Part shown: positions 28,801-43,810 of the stretch, in pieces | Position numbering within the stretch: position 1 is the stretch's first letter | Layout: every line of letters starts with the position of its first letter | From: Antedon mediterranea | Taxonomy: Eukaryota > Animalia > Echinodermata | Length of the DNA stretch: 64,000 bases | Assembly: GCF_964355755.1 (NCBI RefSeq) | Contig: NC_092677.1 | Coordinates: 27,577,175-27,641,174, forward strand | Reading direction: 5' to 3' | The notes under the pieces: model-generated | Told to the model about the DNA's origin: nothing | The model's input: only the letters and a program-made list of their open reading frames with translations | Database searches by the model: none | Program-made: the position numbers and the translations under genes

Positions 28801-31800
28801 CCAGGAAAATACTGATTAGTTATATCCTGACAAATCTTGCATGTTAACAAAGTTCTTCTGAATCTAGCAAAGACTTAATAGTTTCTAGAATTCATCTTAA
28901 TACAGTCGTATAGTTATACTAGTTGTATATGAGTGGAAACAAAGAATCTTATTATTTGTTTTAAATACTGTCTGTCTGTCGAAAAAGCTATATATTATTA
29001 ACCTTTTTGTATGCCTTACTATTATACTGTAATATACATAGGCAAATATCAAGGCGGAGTAATGTTAGACAACAAATTAGGCGTGCTCATTCACTTTATA
29101 ATTAGGATTGATTGTTAACATTCTACTAATCGAATATAGGCGTGGTTGCAACTGGTTGAAGTGTGTTTTTAGATACTGTAGCATTACTGATTACGTAAAA
29201 TTGAACGTTACCAGTCTACTCTGAACTGAATTTAGGCGTGGCTACAATTGGTTAAAGTGTGTTTTTAGATATTACCATAGCATTAATGGTGGTAATAAGC
29301 ATGGTTTTAAATTTTAGAGCATTGGTTGATATAGCCAATTATATCATTTTCTTTGCTTAGTCTGTGAGATCTTACCCATAAGATTGTGTGGTAATCCTGA
29401 CTTCCTTGTCAACAAAGAATATCCTCATGCCAAGGCTCTTGTTATGACCTAATGTCAAGCAATCTTTTTAAAATTAAGAGATATTATTGTGTGTATAACC
29501 TTTTACTTGATATTATTAAAATGTGCAATTATTTCTCATGATCCAATCAAGATAGAAACATTATGACCTCCCTATTTGGATAGAATACTTACAAGATTCC
29601 CTTGTATTCATGTATTAATATTTAGAACAATATATCTGATTAGGCCTGCACATATAATAAACTTTTATCTTTCATCCCAATTTTATTGCATGATCAAATT
29701 AGTTGTACAATATGTTATGTTTATATTGTTTTTGTATACAAAAAATGAAATTCATGCAGCATAATAAAAACATGAGAGTTCATATAGAGGTCAAGCTTCT
29801 ATCCTTTATCCAGCTTACATTGTATTTGTGGTAAAACAGCTAAAATACCACCAAGCCTAGCTGTGGTTTAGTTGACATTCTGTTCATTATTGTTATTGAA
29901 ATAAGTTATTGTTCACAAAATGTACAAATTATTTGTATGAGACAATTTATATTTTTGTTATAAGAATACAATTATTTGTCAGTTCTTCTTGTTTGTTGTT
30001 GTTAAGGCTATCAATCATTGTCATACCTAGAGGATATCCAATATAGTAACCCCTTCCCTAATTATGGTATTATAATACAGGTAGGACTTGGGTAGGAATA
30101 TCACTTTTTTTAGACCATGCCATCCCATAATTCCAAATCCTGGATTCGCCACTGATTCTACATTTATTTCCATTCATTCGTTCGCAAATGATAATATTTT
30201 GCTTTACCAAACATGGAATATTATAATTTAAAAACATTTTTGTTTGCATTTTTTTGTAACTGACAATTTTAAATGAGAATTTACAATTTACTTTGTGTGA
30301 CAAAATTTACAAATTAACAGCTGCCATAGTCACATGTCATTGCAACCACAATGAAGCTGTTGAAATCTTGAAAGCGAGAAGCTTGCTTCAAATATAATAC
30401 CGAATCTTGATATAAAGACACAAAGACAATGAGAAAAGGATATGTTAGAAAATTTATTATTTTCAAACTATGCTATTGATCATTTTCCCTGATAATAATA
30501 AAATAGTAATTTAACAAATAATGTTTGCAATTTTGTAAAAATTATATTTTAAAATAGTAACTGGGGTTTTTGTTAATCTTCTATACATTTTTTATTGTAA
30601 ACATTTGATTAGAATTGTGGTATTACTCCTTAAAGATTTAAATTGTTAAATTTTTGTGAAAGGCTGATAGATTTCAGAATGTTCCGGTCCTCTGGTTCCA
30701 GCAGCAAATATTGTAATCGCAGCATACATAATACATTCTATGTGCTTTGCTTTGGAAATGTTAAAATACTTTTAAGGGAATAGCATTCTAAAAATAGAAA
30801 TAATATTAGGTTTTTAAAGTATTTTACTAAACGTACTGAATTTGAGTTTGTTGACTGAATTGCTAGTAAGAATTTTTGCGAGTTTAAACTACCATATTTT
30901 ATGACCCAAACTGAATTATGAATATAGTGGCTTCTTACACTTATTTAGGGAAGAATTTGATATTTTGTGTCATATAAAAGTTTAATATCTTGTATTATCA
31001 TAATTGATGGTTATCAACAGATTTTTTTAAAGTGAAATTCTTGTGTTTATTCAACATTAAAGCCACATGATGGTGTAATCTGCCTAGGTTCACCATCATA
31101 AGTCAGTAGAAAGCTTTTTTCCATGTTCTCATCATGGCAAGGTTGTTAAGGGAACAGCTTGATTTGTATGTTAGGGATCATCTTAGTAAATGTAGTAGGG
31201 TGACAACACACAGCAGCAGAATGGTGGTTATTAGAAAGCCTCAGAATCAGTGAGATGTGGCTCAACAATCTTCACTCATATGATAAGGCAGTTTACAGTT
31301 TCAAAACTGTTTTCTTGTGTCAAATTCAACTTGCATCATTCTACACAAGTGTATCATTTCTTCGCTACTAAACAACAAGGTTTGGTTTTTCTCTTTTTAT
31401 AGTAAAATTGGAATTTTTCAATGTTAAATTTGTTTGTTTTTCTAAAATTTGTAAAAAATGCTATTGTTAATGTGTTTCTTAAATCATTTTAATCCATTAT
31501 TCTTTTTCAGATTTCGAGTATGCTTTGAATTTCCTTATGAATATGTACAAAATACAAATGTTATTGTAATGTAAAAGGTTTTTTATACTTGACTTAAATC
31601 AACAAAAATTAGAATGTATTTCTTCAGACTACACTTACAAATTTAGTGTAGTCTGAAGGAAATATGTTTTTTGATTATCAATTTTAATGTTCTTGTTTCA
31701 CTAGGCATGGCTATGTTTTTCTTCTTTCATTTTTCTAAAAACATAGTAACATGGACAAAGACATTACAATGACATGATTACCATATAGCGAGATTACGTT

Positions 31801-33789
31801 CATACTTTTTAACATAGTTTGTTTATAAAGTATATTAAGTTTTTTAAATGATATATGCTGCTTATTAACGGATTTCAATTTGTTTACAGGTTTTCGGATT
31901 TAGGTCTTTTTTCTTAGTGACAAATGGTACGGTTTAAATTTACCTTTGAAAATAGAATGTTGTTTTTTTATTTTTTTGCTGTACTACTAGTTCAAATTGA
32001 TCGCCTTATTTCATAGCATGTAAAAGTCAAAATATCAAACTTGTAAAGAAATCATAGTCGTCATACTTAAAAATAAAAATTTTTTGAGAGGTTTTGTATC
32101 ATGTTTTTTTAACTTAAAAATATTAAAAATTAAACCAGCAAAAATCAAATAATAGGATTTAATTGTCCCTCCCCACATTCTTGACCAAGCATTCTTAGCA
32201 TTCAATGCTAGAACAATGCAAGTATTTTACTGAACACAAAACAAAAGACTAACCATTCATTTATTATGAATTATTTCTTGTTTCAACTGAGTAATAACTT
32301 AGCTTTTAGTTTGGAATTGGCTTGAGAATTGGAATAGATGAAAGACTAGAGGAAAAGTACTTGACAAAATAATGCTCTGGGCATTAAACAAAGGCAGGGA
32401 AAAACACCACAGTAAATATGTAGATAGAAATAGTGCCAAGTTTTCTGAAAATCCTATTCATTCATCAGGTTTAAAATAAGTATACTGTACTACTAATGTT
32501 ATAGTATAAATTAATAATATAATTATGTATTTTGAATATTGTTACTAGACTTTATTAATCATTTTAATGATATGGTGTTGAAATTATAGAGTTTTTTTTT
32601 TCTCTTAACTCTGTCTAGAAATGAAATATTGGATTTGATTATTTCATAGTGTTTATTATTCCGTTTTATTTCCATATTATTTCCATATTAAAATAAAACT
32701 CTCTGACTAAGTATCAATTAGGTTTGGCACAAACTTGCAACTCAAATCAAATTTGAACAGAATATTATTTTGAATTATTTAAACGTTTTTTTTAGAAACT
32801 CATTTAATAGTTTTGGTTGTGTTAGTATGTTAGGTACAGTTAGTAAAAGAGTAAATAATCTAGTTTGATTTTCTGTGAAGACATGGCTAATTACTGTATG
32901 AGCTCTTTGTCTTCTACTCTCTATATTTGTAACACTTTTACTTATGTTAACAAAGCCACTATTCACTGTATACAGTACTACTGTATTATTTACAAAGCCT
33001 CAATTCACTGTGCTATAATTTTACTTAACAATTAATCTATTGTTTTTATTAGTGATTTTTTTAAAAGTATGGATATGGTCAGATTTTGATAGGTAGAGCC
33101 AGACAAAATGGGATTTAATATCAACAGCATTTTTGTCAAAGTTTTGAGCAGTTTGTTTTGTCTGTGGGTAAATAGGATAGGAAAAGGAATACACAATTGG
33201 TCTGTATTATAATGCATCTTTATTGTACTGTTGGTTTTGAATCAACATTAATCCATTTTTCCCCATCAATCTTTTTACAGGACTATCAATAGAGGGCTCA
33301 GCTCTTATTAAATCAACTTTGACCTTTTAAGACGTGTCTATTAAATCCATTGGCAAATTACTTAAATAACAACATGGCTAGATCTAAAAATGTAGTTTAA
33401 TCATCTTTATTATCCATTTTCTCCAAGAGAAAATGAAATTGATTGTCTTGAAATTGAAGTTCTTAAAAATGAAGATAGATATAATCTATATAATAGTATT
33501 AAGTCAAACCATTTAAGTGTGTTGTTTCTGTTTTATACCATAATTTCACAGTCATAAGGAAACTCTAGGCCTACCATGGAAATGTTGATAATATGAGTGA
33601 TTCACAATTCTGTGTGCGATTCTGTGAGTGATATCAGTATAATGAGCCTGTATTATGTATACAGAATATGTGTAAACCTCCATGATTTATTTAAAGATAT
33701 TCCTGTTAATTAACACGTTGAATTTTGTATGCAAGTAGTGAATTAAGCATTGTTTTGCAGCACTGCTGACAGTTTTCATTAATTTGAGT

Positions 33790-33952
33790 AAAAACCAGGT
33801 AAAAAGAGACTTGTCTATGACCATAACAAGTATGCCCCCAGGGGGGACACTAGGTACACAGGCTTTCATGAGGAAAAACCAGGTAAATGGAGACTTGTCT
33901 ATCGCCATAACAAGTATGCCCCAGGGGAACACTAGGTACACAGGCTTTTATG
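33790..33952. repeat. 84-bp tandem duplication
   Basis: AAAAACCAGGTAAA...CATAACAAGTATGCCCC...CACTAGGTACACAGGCTTT occurs twice. Confidence 0.85.
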
Positions 33953-34637
33953 AGAATGTTAGCATCGGGAGTGAAAAATGGAACAGATGCATTTAGCATA
34001 AATTTGGATGAATTCTGATGCAAATCATTCTGTAAACATGTGTGAATTTTGCTAATAATACAGTGACTGTAAAATAGATCAAACATAGCAGAACAATGCA
34101 TGATTATGCCTGCATTTGGATTTCACAAAAATTAAATTAAAATATTTCTCTATGCAAAGATGATTTCCCAATGCTAATAAGATGCCTAACAGAAAGAAAC
34201 AAAAATCTTTTTTTTTGTAAGGAATAGTTATTGACTTGTATATCAGTATGTAGATGTTCAGAATTGTAATATTGATTGATTGTTAAACTTTATTTCAGAA
34301 TAACTATCCATATCCAAAAAATAACAAATAAAATAGGATTTTCTCCCATTTATTGTAGAGATTTGAAAGCCTTAAAATATACTGCGCACACTACCATTTT
34401 CACTATTATTAGGTTATTGTAATATCTTTGTCTTTCTGATGACCTATGTGACCTGTTATAATTTATAATAATAAAATTGTGTTTATCTATCATTTGCTCC
34501 ATGAAATGTATACTATGTAACAATTCTGACAACCTTTTAATTTGATATACCAAAGATTGTATTGCATAATATGTTACATTTAATAGTTACCACATCCTGA
34601 GATAATAATTTATTTATTTTTCATTTGTTTTATCCAG

Positions 34638-34872
34638 CTTGTAGAATTATTACTAAGGCATGGGGCAGACCCATTACAGCGTAATCAGCGAGGATCTTCA
34701 CCTCTAGATATTGCCAACATCCCCGAGATTATCGCACTTTTAAAAAACGAAATAATCGAGTCTGCAGGTAGTGATTTATCTACGCCAGAGGTACGCTCTC
34801 CAACCTCACCAGAAAGTTTGGCATCAATTGACGAAACCAATCAGATTAAGGATAAACATGACATCATTACTG
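34638..34872 (+). CDS. ANKRD11: ANKRD11/12 exon, end of ankyrin domain
   Basis: LVELLLRHGADPLQRNQRGSSPLDIA...; tatccag/gtaaat, phase 0/1. Confidence 0.92.
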
Positions 34873-35459
34873 GTAAATATAACAACATTTTTAGTTTATT
34901 TGTGTGCTTTTGTTGATCTCTATTACTTACTTTAGTCCAGGAAAAACTCAAACTTATATGGCTAGATTGACTTTCTATCTGCCATTGTGACAGCCAGTTC
35001 CCCTCTCGGCATACCAGTCTCCATACCAGTAACTCTTACCATTTCCTATTTAATTCAAATGAAGCTTTTGTTTCAGTCTTTTGTTTCTGTGTTTGTTCAG
35101 AAAAATATTCAGATTTGATGCAAAGGGAACAAATAAGGTTGTTAAGACATGATAGTTTCTGTAACAAGTTTATTTTAAATATATTTCAAATTCTGTTTCT
35201 TACAAATTCTAGAATTACCTTTTTAAACAACATATTCTCTGTTGTTAAAAACAAAAGGTTAATCGGCAAGTGAGTGAATTTTCTAATTTTGGAATATTGT
35301 TGTTTTGTTAGATGATGGTGTTATCATATCATGTGTCCTGTCGTACCATGAATCGTGACATTTAGAAATAATATAATAAAAAAAGTTCATGTTTGTATGT
35401 TGTAGGTAAACCAATATGTAACGAACCACAAATAAATATACATTTTGTTTTTCTTTCAG

Positions 35460-37378
35460 AGAGAGCCGTTAAGCTGCCTGTGCATGCAAAAACAACAGAG
35501 AATAAGTTGACATTACAGTGGAGTGCAGCACGTAAATCGGACACAAATATTACGACCATAGTGGATATACCTCGCGAACTGACCAAGGTAAACGATCGTG
35601 ATACTCCCAATTCGCTGACTTCTTCCTCTGACAGCGACCTCTTTGACCCAGGGTTGAATTCTTGTGTCACTCTAAAACAAAATATAGAAACAAATAACTT
35701 GAACAATTTGAAAGATAGGAAGTCAGAAACAGATTTAGATGATCGCAAATGTGTGAACGAAACAGAGCGTCTCAAATCGGATTTATTGATATCAGAAGCA
35801 AATTTACTGATATCGGACGATAAAAAATCAGAAAGTGAAAAGAAATTGGAAGAGAATGTAACAGCAGACAGTACAACATCAAACGATAGAAAAGAATCTC
35901 AAAGTGATTTAGGATCTTGTAATAGGACTAATAATAATTGCGATGATCAACATCCACAGTTAATTGCACCCGCGTCTGCGAGTAGTTCAACGGCAGTGGC
36001 TAGTTCTGAGTTGTGCGTATCGAGCCCACTTATTGTGTCACCATCCCCAGACATGGAAATAAAGAGTGACCTACGTGGAGAAAACAAAGAAAATATCACA
36101 CTAGGAATGTCTCATGATCAGTCAGTCGAACACAGAACGTACACGGACCACGCTGATTCAGAGCGAATGCTTGAAATTACGAATAGTCATCCAATTGAAT
36201 ATGAATTTGCATTGAACAGTACACTTACTGAAAAACATGTATCTAGCATAGATGATAAAAAGACATTACAGGAACCAGTTGATGTATGTGCAATCTCTGA
36301 GACTTTCACATCAACTGATAGTATAACTGGAGAATTTGCGGCGCAAAGCTCTCCGGTCGAGGAACAAGATCGACGAGACTCTTCTACAAGTCCAACGTCG
36401 GTAGCGAGTAGCGGAAGTAAAGACCTGTCGGTAAAACATCATCATAAAAAGCATAGAGACCGACACAAAAAGAAACGCCATAAAGACCATTCGCATTCTA
36501 ATCACAAAAGCGGTGGTATGGTGAAAACGGAAAAAGAGGAAACAATTAGAATACGTGAAGAAACGTCGTTGGTAGGAAACATTCCACAGGCCACAATGGA
36601 AGTGGATGAACGATCATTGACAGCTGGCAAACAACCAAAGCAGGCCAATGACACGCCAAGGGAATACTACATTGTTACCTCTCCAACGTCAAGTAGTAAC
36701 GATGCTGGAGAAATAAAATCATTATTACTTAAAATCCGAGGGCCTGGCTCGGTTAAGCATAAAGAAGCAACAAACTCTAGTGGAGAATCGGGTAGAAATA
36801 CAGATTCGGAAGATGCGCCTTTTGACCAATCGGAATTAAAAAACATTGAATCCAATTTTAATGACAATGATCGGAAAATAGAAAATATCGGTGAAACGTC
36901 CACGTCTCACGGTAAAAGTTCACCGAAGCCAGACGTAGTAGAAGAGAAAACACACAAACCTACAAGATCGTTACGATCAAATACCTCACAGTTAAACAAT
37001 GATACTGAAAATGTTGACAAAGAACCGGTTTTAAATCAACCAATGACTAGAAGTCGTAAGAGTCAACAACAGGATACAGTAGAAACAAATCAAATTGAAT
37101 CGCATCCACGTAAGCGAAAGATTGCACGACCGAGAATTGTACAGGAAGAACCGATTATACCGTCACCCCCTTTACACCCCACCCAACATGAACGATTTTT
37201 AAATTCGATGAAATTGTTTGTAAACATCAGGGAAAGAATAGCTGCACGTCAATCGCAGCTGTTCTCGGTACAACCTAAGTTGAGGGCGCCAAATGCTTAT
37301 CATGAATACTTGATGCATAGGAAGTCATATTTGCTGCAAACAAGTCCAAAGTCAAAGGTCAATACAGTTGTACCACAG
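35460..37378 (+). CDS. ANKRD11: ANKRD11/12 large central exon (low-complexity region to start of C-terminal domain)
   Basis: Lies within ORF 35393..37543; ctttcag/gtatgt, phase 1/0; ends HPRKRK...APNAYHEYLMHRKSYLL...VVPQ. Confidence 0.92.
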
Positions 37379-37874
37379 GTATGTATAATACATTGCTGGC
37401 TTTTTAGTCATTCACATTTCTTTTCGTGTATGGTAGAGTATTGCCATTGTGTGGTGTACTGGTTAATATGGATTTCCAGGGTAAAATTAAGTGCCAAACA
37501 CTGCTTAAGTATTGTACTGGACTCAAGGAAATTTGAACTATAAACATGCTTTTCATTATTACCTTCAAATTTAGCACTTTTTTTATTTGGAGGGCATTGT
37601 GAAAGAAATTTGTAGTAGGTTTTAGTGTACTAGTTAATGGACTACAGCATTCAGAGTTAAATTAAGTATACCAAACAAACCAGGAATTTATTTTTTCTGT
37701 ATCATGATAATACCAGACTAAAGAAGACTAAGAACAAACCAAATCATTTGAGCTATGCTGAAATGCACATAATAAACAGATATTAATTATTAAAAGATTT
37801 CAAAGCATGTGCTTGAGTATAAAAACTTAGCTTTGTTTGTAACCACTTTATCTCACTTTTTTTGGTGAATTTAG

Positions 37875-37973
37875 TTAAGTGCGCCAGAAGATTTGTACGA
37901 CATCTTGAAAGTCACCTTCATGGAACAAGAGAAAGAACGTCACAGATTGAGAACTAGGCATTGTATAGAAAGG
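37875..37973 (+). CDS. ANKRD11: ANKRD11/12 C-terminal domain exon
   Basis: LSAPEDLYDILKVTFMEQEKERHRLRTRHCIER; atttag/gtaggt. Confidence 0.9.
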
Positions 37974-39051
37974 GTAGGTGCAACTATTAACCATTGCAAA
38001 CATTTGCTTTGGTTGCAATCGTTTTAAAATATTAATTTAAACGATTACAATGTCATTAGTATAACTCATCCACAAAGGATCCGGCCTGCAAGTAAAACAC
38101 GCATTAATCATGTTAACAAATAACATAAATAGAAATATTTTAACTATAATTTGAATACATAAAATATTTTTTGTATGTGATAAATCATGACGGTTTTATA
38201 CATTGATTCTACCGTTCTATCACCAATTCTTTGCTAATTCCATTCAATCTACGAGTGAAGTGATGCAGTCGTCATGGTGATTCCATTTAGTCAATACAAT
38301 GACCATAATTAGATGTAGTCTTCAACATTCAATCAGCTCTTCCAATCAGCCAGTTCAACTTTGTTCACGATCAAGAAAATAAATATTACTTAAAGCGGGC
38401 CAACGCTTGATGAACTTTTTTGATCCTACTTTGATTCATATTATTTGTGTAGAGCAGTTTTCTAGACCACCAAGCTTATGTCAAATTCTCAAGTAATTCT
38501 TTGGTGGGTCTGGGGCTATGAACACCTGACTAATTTACATCTGGAGGTTGTCAGTTTAAGTTGCATCCAAGAAATACTTCCCTAAATTTATTTATTTGAT
38601 ATGCTTCACTCACGAAAAAAGCTATGGTGTGGTCAAGTATAAACATTAAACAAAAACAGAAAGATATAATGTATATAAAAGTTAATAAGTTAATGTATTG
38701 AGTATTTGGTAACAGCACCTTCATCAACATGTTTATGATATTCATATCAATGTCATTCATGTAACAACATTACCCATGATGCATACAATGTTATATTTTC
38801 TGTAAATAATGCTCTGTTACCTAATGATTCATTTATAATGTCGCAGACTTTTCATTAACTGCCCAGAAACTGTATAAAAAATAATCTTTAATAAATAAAT
38901 AAATCACATTAATTATTGTCTAGGCCATATTAAAAAAAAAAACACTTTATCATCTATATGCATATATATTTGCATATATATTTTTATCTATAAAAAACCA
39001 TGCAAATTCACTCCTTTTATTGTAATATTATGTATTTGCTATGTAACTTAA

Positions 39052-39677
39052 AGACACCTTCCCTACAATTTGTGACGTTTTGTAAAAATAGTACATATAT
39101 ATTACTTTAAAAACATTAAATCAGGTCATTCCTTGTCTTAAATGTACGTTTTATGGTAAATTATGATAAAAAGTGAGAAACAATGCACTACCTAAGTAGC
39201 TCACGGCGACTGACCTCTCGTGGACGGTCTTTAGGCCTAGCCTAGCTAGGTTTAGTTTTGTAGGCCTAGCTGGTAAACATCGGTAACGTACGAACATCGT
39301 ACGCTAGCTATATACCTAGCCTGACGTTGTATAGTTGCTGCATTTATTGTCTTTCTATTTTTGCCAGACTCCGTTGATACAAATTGGGGAAAACCCGGTA
39401 TTTTCGCTGAAAAGTTAGGAGTCTTCCATTTGTTTTGGCCTCGCGATCGATCGAAAAGTGGGTTAATTACAGAAGAAAAGCATAAATATCAATCCGTGCG
39501 CAATGCATTTTGGGATTTATAGCGGGCCGCTATAATTATTAGAATCGACTTATTTTTCACATTTTTAACCATTTAAAGACGAAAAAAGTTATCGCAATAG
39601 GACCATATAGTATTATTTTTACATTAAATATAGTTTGTGATCTTAAAATAAATCTAAAAAACGTAGGGAAGGTGTCT
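39052..39677. mobile_element. Kolobok-like non-autonomous DNA transposon, 626 bp
   Basis: TIR AGACACCTTCCCTAC / GTAGGGAAGGTGTCT with TTAA on both sides (39048-39051, 39678-39681). AG termini fit Kolobok better than piggyBac (CC termini). Confidence 0.8.
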
Positions 39678-39807
39678 TTAAATTACATCTATTTTTCCAA
39701 TCAGAAATATTTATGTATGGTTTAATACATACTGCAGTATTACAATTTTTTATCTATTGTTTCATGAAAATCCATATAAATTTCTATTTTCTGCTTGTTG
39801 TTTACAG

Positions 39808-39948
39808 GAAAAATTGATGTTAGCTGTTGAACAGGACATTGTCCGAGTGCATGGCCGGGCAGCGAGAGCAGGAGCCAATCAGACGATTCCATACAGTGCA
39901 TGTTCATTCCTCAAGGATTTGGAGATTTACAACATGCCAGACCCTGTG
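39808..39948 (+). CDS. ANKRD11: ANKRD11/12 C-terminal domain exon
   Basis: EKLMLAVEQDIVRVHGRAARAGANQTIPYSACSFLKDLEIYNMP; ttacag/gtaagt. Confidence 0.95.
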
Positions 39949-40647
39949 GTAAGTTAACATTTACAAGCAACGTGGTCTCGCCGCCGTTGCCGCCAAAAAC
40001 GTCAACATATGTCTCAATTCAAAGTTATTTATGTCCCGTGATTTATTATGAATTTATATGTGATAAGATGGTGAGCTAATGACCAGAAACTTTTACATTA
40101 GGTGAATTTTTACACTACGTTGCAGACAATCAATCATTTTGCAAATTAATATAAGAAAAATTGATTAAAAAAAAACATTGACATTTTCACCAACTAAAAT
40201 AAATAATGATCTAAGCTATTAAGAACACCTAAATCTTACAGAAAGTGAGAAACAAAAAAAAAAGCAGAAAGATTAAACAATCTAAAATCTGACAGTGTCA
40301 TCTATCAACTCACTTTATATTGCATTATTTCTCTATAAGCATTTTGTCCATTACAGTAATATACAATTGATTATCATTCAATGATGATCAAATTGAAACG
40401 TTGAATCTTCACTTTCTTTCATTTTTTAAATATAATTGGGATTTCAAACAGCCTAATATCAACTAGCTTCTGACACACCTTTTTTGAGGTCCCAAATGAT
40501 CAGCAATTGCTGGATGGATCACCCTCATTAAATATGGTTCAAATAAAATTTAAAAAAATACTTTTTCCCGCTAGAAGGGTTACCCTTTCAAATTAAGCAA
40601 AATAAATATTACAAACATTGATTTATAAATATTATTAAATTACGTAG

Positions 40648-40752
<105 letters not shown>

Positions 40753-41223
40753 TAACCTCTGTCTACACAAACTTTGTCACACAAAAATGTGATGTCATAT
40801 CACTACCATATTTGGGCATATCAACATTTTTTTGTCAAACTAGTGTAAGATGAAACATCACTTTATTTTGCAATGAAAAACGGAATTAAGAGATGTTAAC
40901 TACAGTATATAACTTTAAAATAAAATTTAATGACAACAAAAATCGACAGTTCGGCACCATCATGGAACCATTCTTAAAAACAAATGAGAAACTGAAAAGA
41001 TTAATTAATTACACAACTCACTCAAATTTGAAACCAATCAATGATCTATTGCCATTTAGATGTTAGCATTCCATTATATTGTAGTTCAGGTATATTAATT
41101 ATTATTTTAATATTTGTAAGAGTAGTTGAGGCTTGGAATCTTCTGATGGTACAGTCCCAACTTCAGGTACTCTCATATTATAATATATATATTTTTATTG
41201 TATCGTTATTCTTGTTTTCTTAG

Positions 41224-41403
41224 GAGGACCTTTTAAGACGTCATGAACATGAGGCTTCGTCCTTGTACGCAATTCAAAAGTTAGAGTGGGAGACGAGGCT
41301 ACAGGAGCTACATCAATGGGATGTCAAGAGCCCACCAACAATCAACCGAACACACGTCCCTGTGGTCCTAGTTGATAGAGACTTTGATCTGCTACCAGCC
41401 TAG
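41224..41403 (+). CDS. ANKRD11: ANKRD11/12 last coding exon
   Basis: EDLLRRHEHEASSLYAIQKLEW...VPVVLVDRDFDLLPA*, matching the ANKRD11 C-terminus (...DDFVLLPA). Confidence 0.95.
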   Translation, partial: EDLLRRHEHEASSLYAIQKLEWETRLQELHQWDVKSPPTINRTHVPVVLVDRDFDLLPA

Positions 41404-41444
41404 AGTTCAATATGGGATTGTAGATGATGATGTAGATTGATGAG

Positions 41445-41685
41445 CCATAAACTGAACATGACTCCCTCTCATCATACTGAGAGGTTTGATCTGCTACTAG
41501 CCTAGAGTTCAATATGTGTTTGTACAACCATACACTGAACATGTCTCCCTCTCATTATAGCGAGAGGTTTGATCTGCTACTAGCCTAGAGTTCAATATGT
41601 GTGTACGAGTCGGTGTGAAATAACTGGCACCAAAACACCCTGGTTGTCCTCGTTGACTTTACTACTAGCCTAGAGTTGAGTCGGT
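41445..41685 (+). repeat. Three degenerate copies of the ANKRD stop-codon region in the 3' UTR
   Basis: TTTGATCTGCTAC(C/T)AGCCTAGAGTTCAATATG recurs with TAG at 41503 and 41586, and more divergently at 41671. Confidence 0.85.
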
Positions 41686-43649
41686 GTAGTATGTGGTTCA
41701 ATCAAGGAATTTAGCTTGGCAAAAGATTAAATTAACAGCAACAGAATAGGTGTACCTTCCTTCGCAAACATCGAAACTTAATAATCAAAGAATGTAATAT
41801 CAGATGTATGTATGTGGTATTATAAAAAAAAAGGTATATTGTAGCAAAGAGCAGATTTGTCCAATATTACAATATTCTATCTTTGGCAAAACATACATGT
41901 GGTTAAACATTTTAAATATCTGACATTTTAACATATACAGTATAGTTAATTGAATTACAAATAGTTGTTTTAAAATAAAGATCTGATATTTCTCTAATAT
42001 TATATATAAATATGACATCCAAAGAACTAATATGTTAGAGGTAACGCTTATAAGTTACTGTGATTCACTTACGACTGTCCACTAGTGTTGTATGGGATAG
42101 ATACGCTACGTATTATAACACGTTCTTAGAGGCAGGTGCATGGTTAGTATATCAGATACATTTGATAATGCATGATTGAATTGGATATAATTAATTAGAG
42201 AATGAGTTACCATGAAGAGGTAAACATCTGCAAAGTGTGTTATTAATGTGTGTATGTTACGTGTTAAATCTACTTTCAGATACAGAAAATGTGCATATTT
42301 TCCATATATGGTATGGAAAGTATCTTTTATACCTAGCCTCAGATATACAGAGAATTAACGACGTCAGATAACAATGTGTTGTTAGCACGTACTAAGTATT
42401 TCACAAATCCTTAGTCAGATTTTAAAATCAAGTGTGTGATATTGTTACATTGTATTGGTACCTCTAGTGACGTGTCTAAATGGATATTATTAATGTATTT
42501 GGTTTTTGTTCAGGTTAACAATGTCCTTATAAGGAGAATAATTTCTTTATAAGGATAATAGTTTCCTTATTAGGATAATAATTTCCTTAGGATAATATTT
42601 TCTTTATATGGGATAATGTTATCCTTAAGTTATATGGGCTTAGGTAACCCATCACAATCATGGTTACATTTCTGTAATAGATGATTCATCCATAAAGTTT
42701 AAATTTATTGAAACCAAGAGTCATGACATATTTTTGCTATTTAATTTATTTATTGTTAATTTTTGATTGATTTATTGTGTAACCAGAGTTACTTAATGTG
42801 CACACACTCATATAAATGATAATTATAATCATTTTTAAGGATTTTAATTCTTATATAAAGTTACATTGCACATGTTTTTGTTAATGAAAATAATTTGTTG
42901 AGAGCAACCGAGGATAGCTGTAATTGAGCCGTTCACTGTACAATTGTTGTATATATTCTGTGTACATATTAGAGAGATGTATTTTTGCAGATAAGTCCTG
43001 TGTTGTGTTAAAATGCTACAAACATGACAAATTGCCTTAAATTCTTGTTCAATATTTTCTTTTTTTTTTGGTAAAATCTTTTGAAAGTTACTAATTATTT
43101 TACTGCATGATTGAGATTAATTCTTACAATCTGCAATTGCAGAATTTTTTTCGATTATTTTTGAAAAACTATACAAGGGGGTTTTAATTAGTTTGAATGA
43201 TTGATTTATGATCAACATGAATAAATAAATAAATATTTGTAAGAGGCCATGTTCTATTATCCTCAGTGATTATATACAAGAATTTGGAAACTTTTGAGAG
43301 AGTTTTCAGATTTTCATAGTCTGTTATTATCAACTGTATATTCTACCCATTTGAAACCTGTCTGATCATTTGTATATTAGTTTAATTGTGTGTTATGTTT
43401 TAGTATCATCTTCTCTCCCCACTTGGTTATTATATGTTAAATGTTATTGCTCTACTGATACTGCCATCGATCGGTACCGATTTACAATTAATATTGATGT
43501 GGTTTTTTCCCCTGATTTTATAACCTTGTTTGTTTAAAAACTTTGCTAATTTTTGTTTCATCATCAATAATTTTGATTGTTTTATATAATATGTCTGTGT
43601 CATTAATTGTATTTGTTAACAGTAATTAAGGTTTTTAACCTACCCTTAA

Positions 43650-43810
43650 ACCTTCGTTCCCACTAGGATGTAACAAAGGACGTAAGCTGCAACGCAGTCA
43701 AATTGACCAATGACAAGCGCCAGTTCGAATAAAACATCGCTTTTGATTGGTCAATTTGCTTGCATTGCATCTTACATCCTTGTATTGCGTCCTAGTGGGA
43801 ACCTATCCTT
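43650..43810. mobile_element. MITE family B, diverged copy
   Basis: GTTCCCACTAGGA...TCCTAGTGGGAAC inverted ends and an internal TTGACCAAT/ATTGGTCAA inverted pair; resembles 4884-5032. Confidence 0.65.

Noticed and set aside
37379-37543. Hydrophobic C-terminal tail of ORF 35393..37543
   Set aside because: Intron read-through past the CAG|GTATGT donor. The conserved domain continues at 37875.
41401-41430. Stop-codon readthrough into the duplicated ANKRD C-terminal copies
   Set aside because: An in-frame TGA follows after 7 codons.
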